Below are positions 22,065 through 31,174 of a stretch of 64,000 nt of DNA, one piece after another. The notes below the pieces were generated by a model. It made no database searches, was not told where the DNA came from, and saw only the letters and a list, made by a program, of their open reading frames with translations. Every line of letters begins with the position of its first letter. The first letter of the stretch is position 1. The position numbers and the translations under genes were made by a program. Source of the stretch: an uncultured Gemmatimonadaceae bacterium (GTDB lineage: Bacteria > Gemmatimonadota > Gemmatimonadetes > Gemmatimonadales > Gemmatimonadaceae); the NCBI GenBank assembly GCA_963716745.1, contig OY970320.1, forward strand, positions 2,784,001 to 2,848,000. Direction: 5' to 3'.

Positions 22065-22995
22065 ATGGGCAGCCTCCCGCGCACGCCGCGACTGATCGCG
22101 GCCACGATCGTCCTGCTCGGCTGCGCGCCCGGCCCGAAGAGCGCGCCGCCCAGCAGCGCGCCTGCGCCCGCACTGCCCTCCGCGTGGGCGACTCAGCCGT
22201 GCCTCGTTGCCGACACGACGGCGCCCACCGCTGACACGCTGTACGCGATCGGGATCCTGCAGGCATAGCGACCCCGGCGCTGTACCAGTGCAGCGAGGCT
22301 CGTATTCCGAGTAACGTCTCGCCGGCGCTCGTCGTGCCGTACGCGGCGCCGCCTGGTGCGGACCTCCGCGAGCTCCTCGACGGCGGCGGCGCGTATCGCC
22401 TCGACGTTCTGGTGACGGACGACGCGAACGTGATCGCGTACGCCTCGGGGCGCGCGAACTACCTCGTCGTCGCGCTTCCGTGGAGCGTCACGTATGTGCT
22501 CGTGCCCGCGCGCGCGACGCCGGTGATCGGCTCGCTGACGCCCGAAAAGCGCGACGCGATCGCGCACAATGCGCTGACGGCCGACGCTCGGGGCGCCGCG
22601 GAGCCGTTCCCGTGGCTCACGGACTCGTCGTGCGCCATCACCGCCAGTATTGCGACGGACCGCGCGGGTCAAGTCATCGGCTATCCCGCGGGCAATGCGA
22701 CCGCCCGGGAACTCGCCGAGCGGGTGGTGTCGCTGGCCGCGCGCGCCACGGCGGGACACCGTGGGTCGCCACTGCTCTCGCGGACAGCGCCCTCGGCGGC
22801 GTCGCTGCGGCGATACGTACGCTCGAACGCGATCCTCGCACCGCGTGCACGACGGCCGGCAACGCGCGCGCTCCGGCGGGCGCGATCCCGCTCGTCGACA
22901 CGCGCGCGCACGCCATCGTGCGCCGCGGAAGCGGCGCGGCGTTCGTGATCGGCGCGAATGGCGACCTGTATTTCTATCGGCGGAGCGCGCGATGA
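22065..22995 (+). CDS. Lipoprotein upstream of two-component genes, frameshifted
   Basis: Lipobox LLGC; DLRELLDGG...DVLVT; PLVDTRAHAIVRRG; stop overlaps the kinase ATG. Confidence 0.6.
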
Positions 22996-24616
22996 CGCTT
23001 CCGCATGCGCCTCACGCTCGCGATGCTCGCGATCGCGGCGGTCCCGCTCCTCGTCCTCGGCTACGGCATCCGCCGCGAGATGACCACACAGCTCGACGCC
23101 GACGCGACACGTCGCGTGACCGCGGCCGGCTTGGCGTCGCACGACCGGTTGGCGGCCATTCTCGAAACGGAGCATCGGCGTCTCGAATCGCTCGCCGTCA
23201 GACCTCGCCGCCGACAACCGCTTCCGGATCGCCCTCGCCGATTCGAACTCGGCCGAGCGACGCTGGCTGCTCGACTGGGCGCCTTCGGCCATGCGGCTCA
23301 CCGGATTCGCCGTGCTGCAGGTGCAGGACTCAAGCGGCCGGATCCTGAGCTCGGGTCAGTTCCGGAACGACTACGATCGCGTGGCGCCCACGGTGCCGCG
23401 GGCCGCGGTGCTCGACGCGCGCACCGCGACTGCGCCAGTGCGCGCCCTCGTCACGACGGTCGCGTTCACGGTGCGCGGCCAGCCGTATGCGGTCACGGGA
23501 GGTGCGAACTTCGACTCCGCGCGCGTCGCCGTCCTTTCCGGCGAGCCCTCGGTCGCGGCGCTGCTCGTGACCGATAGCGCGCCGCTCTCCAAGGGCGCGA
23601 TCGCCGCGGCCACGCTCCCCTACGTGAACGAAGCATCCACCGGGGCGCCGGAGCAGGCGCGCATCGTTCTCGTTCCCGACAATGGCCCCACGCGCGCGCT
23701 CGAGGCGGGCGTCACGCGCTGGCTGTTCATCACGCTCGGACTCACGCTGCTCGCGGCCGTCACGATCGCCGCGCTCCTCGGCCGGCTCATCTCATCGCCG
23801 ATCGTCCACCTGTCCGAACGCACGGCGCAACTCGATCTCGACCGCCTCGACGCGCAGTTCGCCTCCGGCCGCAACGACGAGCTCGGCGCGCTCGAGCGCA
23901 CGCTCGACGCGTTGGCGGGCCGGCTTCGCACGAGCGTCGCGCGACTGCGCGAGGCCGAGCGCGCGGCCGTCACCGGCGATCTCGCGCGGCAAGTGAATCA
24001 CGACATCAAGAACGGGCTCGCGCCCATTCGGAACGTGCTTCGCCACTTGGTGCAGACGGCCGAGCATGAGCCTGGCACTCTCGCCGCGGTGTTCAGAGAG
24101 CGTGCCGGAACGCTCGAGTCGAGCGTGGAGTATCTCGACTCACTCGCGCGCAACTACGCGAAGCTCTCTCCGGCGCTCACGCGTGGGCCCACGGATCCGC
24201 GCGCTGTCGTACTCGATATCGCGCATGGCGTCGCCGGCGCCACTGTCACGGTGCTCATGCCCGACGACCTGCCGCCCGTGCGCGCCGACGCAGTGGTACT
24301 CCATCGGATCCTCGACAACCTCGTGTCGAACGCCGTCGACGCACTCGACGGTAAGCCGGGCACGGTTACCATCGGCGCCGAATCGGTCGGCGAGAACTCC
24401 GAACGCCGCGTGCGATTCACGGTAACGGACACCGGCCGCGGCATGACGCGCGATGAGCTGAGTCTCGCCTTCAACGACTTCCACACCACGAAGCCCACCG
24501 GTACCGGGCTCGGCCTTTCGGTGGTGCGGCGCCTGCTCACGGACGTCGGCGGGTCGATGAAAGTCGATACCGCACCGGGGGAGGGAACGACCTTCACGGT
24601 AGAGATCCCGAGCTAG
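22992..24616 (+). CDS. HAMP-domain sensor histidine kinase, frameshifts in 5' part
   Basis: H box ARQVNHDIKNGLAPI, N box NLVSNAVDA, DTGRGM, GTGLGL, GTTF. Confidence 0.9.
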
Positions 24617-24628
24617 ATTGCTCTGCTC

Positions 24629-25981
24629 ATGAGCCGGATCCTCGTCGTGGACGATGTGGCGGCGCTCGCCGAACAGTACGCGTACGATCTCAAGCGGATC
24701 GGCGCGCACGACGTCGTGACCGCCAACGATGGCGAGCGCGCGCTCAAGATGCTCGAGGCGGGCGGCTTCGACTGCGTCATTCTCGATCTCGAGATGCCGG
24801 GCACGGACGGATTCGCCGTGCTGCGCGCGTTGCGTCACCGCGGTGACGAGACGCCGGTGATCGTCTACACCGGCACCGGCGACTTCGAGCGCTGCATCGC
24901 GGCCGTGAGACTCGGCGCGGCCGGCTTCATCGACAAAGCGGAGCCGATGGAACGAGTAGCACAGGAGGTGGAGCACGCGATCGAGCGTCACGAGCTGCGC
25001 CGTGAGGTGTTCGTACTGCAGGCGGAGCTGGGCGCTTCGGCGCTGGTTGGCCGGAGCGCGGCGATCGCGAAGTTGAACGAGCAGATCGGCCGCATCGCGC
25101 CGGTGCCGAGCGCAGTGCTGATCACGGGCGAGAGCGGCACGGGCAAGGAGCTGGTCGCGCGCGAGCTGCACCGGCGCGGCGCGCACGCGGCGTCGCCCTT
25201 CATCGCGCTCAACTGCGCGGCGCTGCCGGAGAATCTCGTGGAGACCGAACTCTTCGGCCACGAGCGCGGCGCGTTCACCGGCGCGAGCGCCACGCGGAAG
25301 GGCGCGTTCGAGTCCGCCGGCGACGGCACGCTCTTCCTGGACGAGATCGGCGAGCTGCCGCTCGCGGCGCAGCCCAAGCTGCTGCGCGTGCTCGAGGAGC
25401 ACACCGTGACGCGCGTCGGCAGCAATGCCGTGATCAAAGTGAGCGCGCGCGTGGTGGCGGCCACGAATCGCGATCTCGATGCGATGGTGAAGGAACAGGA
25501 GTTCCGCGAGGATCTGTTCTATCGCCTCAACGTGCTCGTGATCCACACGCCGCCGCTGCGCGACCGGCGCGAGGACATTCCGCTGCTCGCCCAGCGCTTC
25601 GTCGAGATCACGTGCCGCGAGTTCGGCATGCTGCCGAAACAGCTCGCTCCGGAGGCGCGCGAGCTGCTCGTGGCGTACGACTGGCGCCGGAACAACGTGC
25701 GCGAGCTGCGCAACGCGATCGAGCGCGCGGTGGTGGCGGCGAACGGAGAAACGATCCGCGCCGCCGATCTCCCTTCCGAAGTCCGCGGCGATGGGCCGGG
25801 TGCGGTGGACGTGGACATCGAGTCCTTCCACGTGCAGCGCATGAACGCCGAGCGGCGGATCGTGCTCGCGGCGCTGGAGCGGCACAAGTGGCAGATCACG
25901 CGCACCGCGGAGTCGCTGGGTCTCGCGGACCACGCGAGCCTGCTCAAGATCATGCGAAGGCTCGGGATCCAGCGCGATTAG
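24629..25981 (+). CDS. Sigma-54-dependent response regulator (NtrC family bEBP)
   Basis: REC (ILVVDD, DLEMP), GESGTGKE, GAFTGA, LFLDEIG, FREDLFYRLNV, C-terminal HTH. Confidence 0.95.
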   Translation: MSRILVVDDVAALAEQYAYDLKRIGAHDVVTANDGERALKMLEAGGFDCVILDLEMPGTDGFAVLRALRHRGDETPVIVYTGTGDFERCIAAVRLGAAGFIDKAEPMERVAQEVEHAIERHELRREVFVLQAELGASALVGRSAAIAKLNEQIGRIAPVPSAVLITGESGTGKELVARELHRRGAHAASPFIALNCAALPENLVETELFGHERGAFTGASATRKGAFESAGDGTLFLDEIGELPLAAQPKLLRVLEEHTVTRVGSNAVIKVSARVVAATNRDLDAMVKEQEFREDLFYRLNVLVIHTPPLRDRREDIPLLAQRFVEITCREFGMLPKQLAPEARELLVAYDWRRNNVRELRNAIERAVVAANGETIRAADLPSEVRGDGPGAVDVDIESFHVQRMNAERRIVLAALERHKWQITRTAESLGLADHASLLKIMRRLGIQRD

Positions 25982-26059
25982 GGGCAGCGTTCCGCGCCCT
26001 TGCACGTCCTTCGCACTCCCGTCATGCTAGTGATGTCCAAATTCCTTGGAGCCTTCAAG

Positions 26060-27254
26060 ATGCGGCTCTCAGACAGCGCCAGAGTCTCTCGCATCAGTGC
26101 TCCGGTTCACGGGTTCCTCTTCGGCATTGCCGTCGGCGTGATCGCGGTGGGATCCGTGGGGTTCTCGTTTTCCCGTCCGCGCCACGCGAATGCATTGGCG
26201 CCGGCCGTGGCGCCTCGATCGTTGACCGCGCACAGCGGCCCATCCTGCCCGCTTTCCCTGCAACAGCAGGTGGCCGCGGTCAAGGCATTCGGCGAGATGA
26301 TGCCGGTCTTCCGCCACCCGCGCTGCCTCAACTGTCACGGCGGCCTGGATCCGATGTCGAAGCGGCATCCGGGTAGTGACCAGTTGGAAGGGATCACGGA
26401 CCGCGACACGCTGTTTGAGAAATGCCAGGACTGTCATGACGGGCTAGAGGGGTGGATCCAACCCCTAGAGTCGCAGTTCTTCGTCGGCAAGAGCGATGAG
26501 CAGTTGTGCCTGCAGATGAAGGAGTTCGAGGGGTCCGCAGACGGATTCGTGTCGCACATCCAGGACGATCACGGGGGCGTCCAGTTCATCGCTGCGGGAT
26601 TCGCCGGCGACCGCGCGCTCGGCGCGCAGGGACTGAAGGACAACCATTCTCGTCGCTGAGAAGCCGCCGGGAACCCAGGCGGAACTCACCGCGAAGGCCA
26701 GGAAATGGGTGGCCGCCATGGGCGGCAAGTACGTCGGCTCACCCAAGTGCGGGTGTGCCCTGCCGAAGATCCAACTCGAGATAAAACATGAGAGCATGTT
26801 CAACACGGACAACCCCACTTTCAAGGCTGGAAGAGTCGGCTTCCACGGTATCGCGAATTTCCGGGTGAATCTCGTTCCCATGCAGGGGATGGAGGGGCGT
26901 TACAGCGGCGACACGACGGTGGTCCGGTCAATGCAGGCGCAGATCGTGAATAAGGCGTGCACTGGCACGGCCTCGCAGACCGAGCATTGGTGGTTCAGCG
27001 CCGAGGTGGACCAGACGTCGGGGGCGATGGAGTTGACGTTCGGCTTCACGGCGTCGGACTTCAGCGGCTCGTCGGAATGCAAGGTCGGGGGGCACGTCAT
27101 TCGCAATCCGCTCGATCCCTATCTGTTCCATGACCTCAACAAGATCGTGTTGCCCGCGGACAGCGGGGCGACGAAGGAGGAAACGCTCAAAGAGCCGCAT
27201 GGCACGGCGCAGGAATGGCTGGTCGTCAAGGTGATCGCGGTGCCGGGGAGATAA
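26060..27254 (+). CDS. Putative di-heme c-type cytochrome with C-terminal extension, one frameshift near 26650
   Basis: HPRCLNCH and CQDCH; continues PPGTQAELTAKARKWV in the next frame. Confidence 0.65.
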
Positions 27255-27302
27255 AGCGCCGGAGACATGAAGGACCCCATCCACCGCGATCGAGGCTGTC
27301 GC

Positions 27303-27352
27303 GTGTCCGCTTCGACACTTCGCGGCGCGCGGATTCGTGTCCGCCTGGACAC
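27303..27352. promoter_or_regulatory. Two dyad boxes GTGTC-N6-GACAC, putative bEBP upstream activator sequences
   Basis: GTGTCCGCTTCGACAC (27303-27318) and GTGTCCGCCTGGACAC (27337-27352), 34 bp apart. Confidence 0.6.
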
Positions 27353-27439
27353 GTTGCGTTCGAAGCGCGCGACGCGGCGGGGCGCGCAAGTCGAACGGCG
27401 GCAGCCGGTTCGGTCGTGACAGCGACTCCCGCGGGGATG

Positions 27440-27455
27440 TGGCGCGGGTCGTGCT
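27440..27455 (+). promoter_or_regulatory. Putative sigma-54 -24/-12 promoter
   Basis: TGGCGCGGGTCGTGCT = GG-N10-GC, about 50 nt upstream of AGGAGG/ATG 27506. Confidence 0.65.
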
Positions 27456-27505
27456 TCTCCTACGGGGCGACGGGAAATGATTCCCGCCCCCACTAGGAGG
27501 TTCGT

Positions 27506-28426
27506 ATGACCCGCACCATCCACACCCCAACGCTGATCGTCCTCGCGCTCGCCGTGCTCGCGTGCGGCGGCGACAAGCCGAAGCCGGCGGTCACCAGCGC
27601 CGAAGCGCACGGCGTAACGACGCTCCCCCCGGCGACGACGCCCGTCGCGGTGACTGCCCCGGAATCCGCGGCGCCGGCATTCGAGAGCGCCGAGGCCGCG
27701 TACAAGGCCGGCGATTTCCGCGCCGCCGCCGGGATGTACAAGACGCAGGTCGAGTCCACGCCGGACGACGCCTTCGATCACTACATGCTCGGTCTCTCGA
27801 GCTGGAAGGCCGGCGATTTCAACGGCGCGAAGCAAGCGTTCGACAAATCGATCGAGCTCGATCCGAAGTTCGCGAAAGCGTACTTCAACGAGGCGCGCGT
27901 GCTCCTCGACATGCAGCGTGCGCCCGAGGCGCTCGAGTTGATCACGAAGGGGCGCGAGATCGATTCCACGTCGAGCGACGGGCTGCGTCTCACGGCCCGC
28001 GCGCAGATGCAGAGCGGCGACATCGATGGCTCGATGAAGACGTACCGTGAACTGCTCACGCGCGACGAGACCGACGCGTGGGGGCTGAACAACTATGGCA
28101 TGCTGTTGGTCGACCGCGGCGAGTTCGACGACGCGATCGGTCCGTTGGCGCGTGCGGTGCAGCTGCGGCCCACCGCGCCGGTGTTCCTGAATAATCTGGG
28201 CATCGCGCTCGAGAAAGCGGGGCACCCGGTGGCGGCGCTGCACCGGTACCAGCTCGCGGTGCAGAGCGACTCCTCGTATGCGAAGGCGGTGAAGAACGTC
28301 GAGCGGCTCACGCCTACCGTGAGCGACACGACGGCGGCGGCCGAGGTGGACGTGGTGGCGATCGCCGAGCAGTTCCGGCTCAAGGTGAAGTCGTGGAAGG
28401 AGACGACGCCGGCGCAGGTGCCATAG
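27506..28426 (+). CDS. Tetratricopeptide-repeat lipoprotein
   Basis: Lipobox VLAC; TPR motifs (AFDKSIELDPKFAKAYFN, LNNYGM, FLNNLGIALE). Confidence 0.88.
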   Translation: MTRTIHTPTLIVLALAVLACGGDKPKPAVTSAEAHGVTTLPPATTPVAVTAPESAAPAFESAEAAYKAGDFRAAAGMYKTQVESTPDDAFDHYMLGLSSWKAGDFNGAKQAFDKSIELDPKFAKAYFNEARVLLDMQRAPEALELITKGREIDSTSSDGLRLTARAQMQSGDIDGSMKTYRELLTRDETDAWGLNNYGMLLVDRGEFDDAIGPLARAVQLRPTAPVFLNNLGIALEKAGHPVAALHRYQLAVQSDSSYAKAVKNVERLTPTVSDTTAAAEVDVVAIAEQFRLKVKSWKETTPAQVP

Positions 28427-28459
28427 CCGTGAGTGGTTGCAGTTGCAGTTCACTGCAGG

Positions 28460-28522
28460 TGAATCATGTTAATCCTGTCAAAGTAGTTTTCGAAAATACT
28501 TTGACAGGATTAACATGATTCA
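28460..28522. repeat. Dispersed palindromic repeat, copy C
   Basis: Perfect 26-bp arms TGAATCATGTTAATCCTGTCAAAGTA / TACTTTGACAGGATTAACATGATTCA around g-TTTTCGAAAA. Confidence 0.93.
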
Positions 28523-28542
28523 AATGATGAACTATCCCAGCA

Positions 28543-29052
28543 ATGCTCATTGAGCCTGCCAGCCCCGATGACCTGTCTGCCGTGCGTGGTATCTACGAGC
28601 ATGCTCGCGTCGTGCAGCGGGCGCGACATTCCATCCAGTGGCCTGAATTCAGCGATGCGACGATCCTCTCGGAGATCGAGCGAGGGCGGCTCTTTCGCGT
28701 CTCTGCGGACGATTCGATCGCGGGAATCTTTTCAGTAGCATACGAGGATGGTGCCATCTGGGGCCCGCACGAACGCGGGGCGCACATTTATCTCCACCGC
28801 ATCGCGCGTGCACCCGCCAGTCCCGGCGGCTTGGTGGATCTCATCCTAATCTGGGCGGACGCCGAGTGCCTGCGACTCGGCCGCGAGGGGTTGCGGATGG
28901 ATACGTGGGCGAGGAACGCGGCACTCATCGCATTCTACGGAGAGCGCGGCTTTCGTCTCGTGGAGGAGCGGCGCTTGGGAGATGATCCGCGCTTGGCCGC
29001 GCACTACCATGGCAACTCATTCGCGCTGCTCGAGCGGGCATGCGCGATTTGA
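28543..29052 (+). CDS. GNAT family N-acetyltransferase
   Basis: IYLHRIA, LRMDTW..N..LIAFY...GF. Confidence 0.82.
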   Translation: MLIEPASPDDLSAVRGIYEHARVVQRARHSIQWPEFSDATILSEIERGRLFRVSADDSIAGIFSVAYEDGAIWGPHERGAHIYLHRIARAPASPGGLVDLILIWADAECLRLGREGLRMDTWARNAALIAFYGERGFRLVEERRLGDDPRLAAHYHGNSFALLERACAI

Positions 29053-29082
29053 CGCCGTGACCTATCGGCCGCAAAATATCCT

Positions 29083-29280
29083 ATGGCCCTCATCCTCGTA
29101 GTCCCGCTCTTCCTCTACGCGATCATCATGGGACTCACGTCCTGGCTGTGGCGCGTGATCTGGACGGGCGCCTCCGTGGCCGCGTGGTTCTACCTCGGCC
29201 CCGCCTGGATCGCCGTGCCGGCGATCGCGATCATCGGCATCGCCATCAAGAATTCAATGCCAAGAGTCAGCAAGCTGTAA
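29083..29280 (+). CDS. Small hydrophobic membrane protein
   Basis: 65 aa, nearly all hydrophobic, GC-rich third codon positions. Confidence 0.6.
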   Translation: MALILVVPLFLYAIIMGLTSWLWRVIWTGASVAAWFYLGPAWIAVPAIAIIGIAIKNSMPRVSKL

Positions 29281-29299
29281 CTGCGAACGCGTGTGGGCC

Positions 29300-29433
29300 C
29301 TAGTACCACTGAAACAGCGCGTCTAGCGACTGAGCGTGTGGTACGACTCTGCGTGAGTGGGCGGCGTGCGCAGTGCACTCACGCCCCGCAGTACCAAGCT
29401 CAGTTGCCATACGCGCCTTTTCAGCGGTACTAG
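29300..29433. mobile_element. MITE-like 134-bp hairpin bounded by CTAG
   Basis: About 43-45 bp imperfect terminal inverted repeats CTAGTACC(A/G)CTGAAA...TGGTAC plus inner stem GCGTGAGTG/CACTCACGC. Confidence 0.6.
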
Positions 29434-29452
29434 AGCCTACCTCCGCCTCTAT

Positions 29453-29914
29453 CTACGGCTTCATTACCTGCCCGCGTATCTCCCCCGCCGGGTATTTCGC
29501 CGTGTGCACGTTCACATACGCGTTCCCGTTGGCCATCAGCGCGCGTAATGAATCGCCCGTCACGCCCTTGCTCACTTCCTTCGTGAGATCGACGGAGTCG
29601 TCCGCGACGGTTCCGTCGGCTACCGCTTTGACGGTGAACGTGACGACCGGTGGTCCCGCGACGCCCGGCGCGCCAACGTGGATATGTGCCGCCGTCGCCG
29701 GGCCGCTCAGCCCGCCAACAGTGACCATGTAATGCAACTCGTTCCCGGCAACGGTGAGCGTCACCGTGCCGGATGCGTGCGACATATTCGGCGGCGTTTC
29801 CGCGCTCGCGTTCATGTGCGCCGAATACTCGGCATGCTGCCTTGCCGCGGGCGAGCCGTTCCATACGGGGAACAGCGCGACGGCCGCCGCGAGACCAAAG
29901 GTCGGCATCCGCAT
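29453..29914 (-). CDS. CHRD domain protein
   Basis: GLSGPATAAHIH.GAPG.AGP, AYVNVHT.KYPAGEIRGQ. Confidence 0.92.
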   Translation of the reverse strand: MRMPTFGLAAAVALFPVWNGSPAARQHAEYSAHMNASAETPPNMSHASGTVTLTVAGNELHYMVTVGGLSGPATAAHIHVGAPGVAGPPVVTFTVKAVADGTVADDSVDLTKEVSKGVTGDSLRALMANGNAYVNVHTAKYPAGEIRGQVMKP

Positions 29915-30132
29915 GGGATCCTCCTATCGGAATGAGATGGCGAAGCGCGACGCGAAGCCGAGAAATTCGGCGCGCGCCGTGAGCGATTCCCTATCCGTAA
30001 GCAATGTAGGGCGAGCGGCGGCGACACTCACGGACCTGATCCGGCGTCCCGGCGCCCTCCACACGATACCCCATGCATGCACGCAGGTTCAAGGCCTACC
30101 GCCGCCTCCATGAGGACGCCATTGTATTGGCC

Positions 30133-31098
30133 ATGCCACACGATGCCGCGAATGCGCGGTCAGAGATCGATCGTCGACAGTTCCTCGGCGCCGCGACCGG
30201 ATTGGCCGCACTCGCGTTGCTGCCGCGCTGGAGATTCGCCTCACCGGCGAAGACGCGGCTCATCCTCCTCGGTACGGGCGGCGGCCCGCGCCCCCGGAAA
30301 GGGCGCTATTCGTCGTCGCAGGTGATCATCGTGAACAACGTTGCGTACGTGGTGGATTGCGGTGACGGCGTAGCCCGGCAGCTCGTGATCGCCGGTATCC
30401 CGCTCAACACGATCGGCGACGTGTTCATCACGCACCATCACTCCGACCACAACGCGGACTACGGCAACCTGCTCCTGCTCGCATGGGCCAGCGGATTGCA
30501 CACGCGCGTCGACACATGGGGGCCGCCGCCGATCGAGAAGATCACGCAGCTCTTCCTCGAGATGAGCAAGACCGACATCGATGTGCGCATCGCGGATCAG
30601 GGGAATCTGCCGCTGGGGCCGTTGGTCCATGCGCATGATCTCACCGGCCCCGGGCTCGTGATGCAAGACGACAATGTCCGTGTCACCAGTGCGCTCGTGG
30701 ATCATCCGCCGCTGGTGCCCGCATATGCGTTCCGCTTCGACAGTGCCGACCGCAGCATCGTGATCTCCGGAGACACCCGCCGCTCGGCGAACCTCGAGAC
30801 GCTTGCGCGCGGCGCCGACGTGCTCGTGCATGAAGCCCTCTGGGTGCCGGCCGTCGACAGGATCATCGGCAGCTCGAATGCGTCCGATCTGGCGGCGCTC
30901 AGGGCGCATCTCATCAATAGCCATACGTCGGTCGAGGACTGCGGCCGCGTGGCGGCGGCCGCGGGAGTGAAGACCCTCGTGCTGTCGCACCTCGTGCCGT
31001 CGGACGATCCGGCGATCACCGAGCAGATGTGGATCGATGCAGCCCAGAAGTATTTTTCCGGCGAAATCATCGTAGCGCGCGATCTGATGGAGATCTAG
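30133..31098 (+). CDS. MBL-fold metallo-hydrolase (RNase Z/arylsulfatase AtsA-like), Tat-exported
   Basis: Twin-arginine DRRQFL; LLGTGGGP; THHHSDH; SGDT; LVHEA; LSHLVP. Confidence 0.88.
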   Translation: MPHDAANARSEIDRRQFLGAATGLAALALLPRWRFASPAKTRLILLGTGGGPRPRKGRYSSSQVIIVNNVAYVVDCGDGVARQLVIAGIPLNTIGDVFITHHHSDHNADYGNLLLLAWASGLHTRVDTWGPPPIEKITQLFLEMSKTDIDVRIADQGNLPLGPLVHAHDLTGPGLVMQDDNVRVTSALVDHPPLVPAYAFRFDSADRSIVISGDTRRSANLETLARGADVLVHEALWVPAVDRIIGSSNASDLAALRAHLINSHTSVEDCGRVAAAAGVKTLVLSHLVPSDDPAITEQMWIDAAQKYFSGEIIVARDLMEI

Positions 31099-31174
31099 GA
31101 TGCGCATTCAACTACAACGGGCTTCGCCGCACCATCTGGCCTCGGCGCCTTCGCTGCCCCATCCTTGAGATAGC

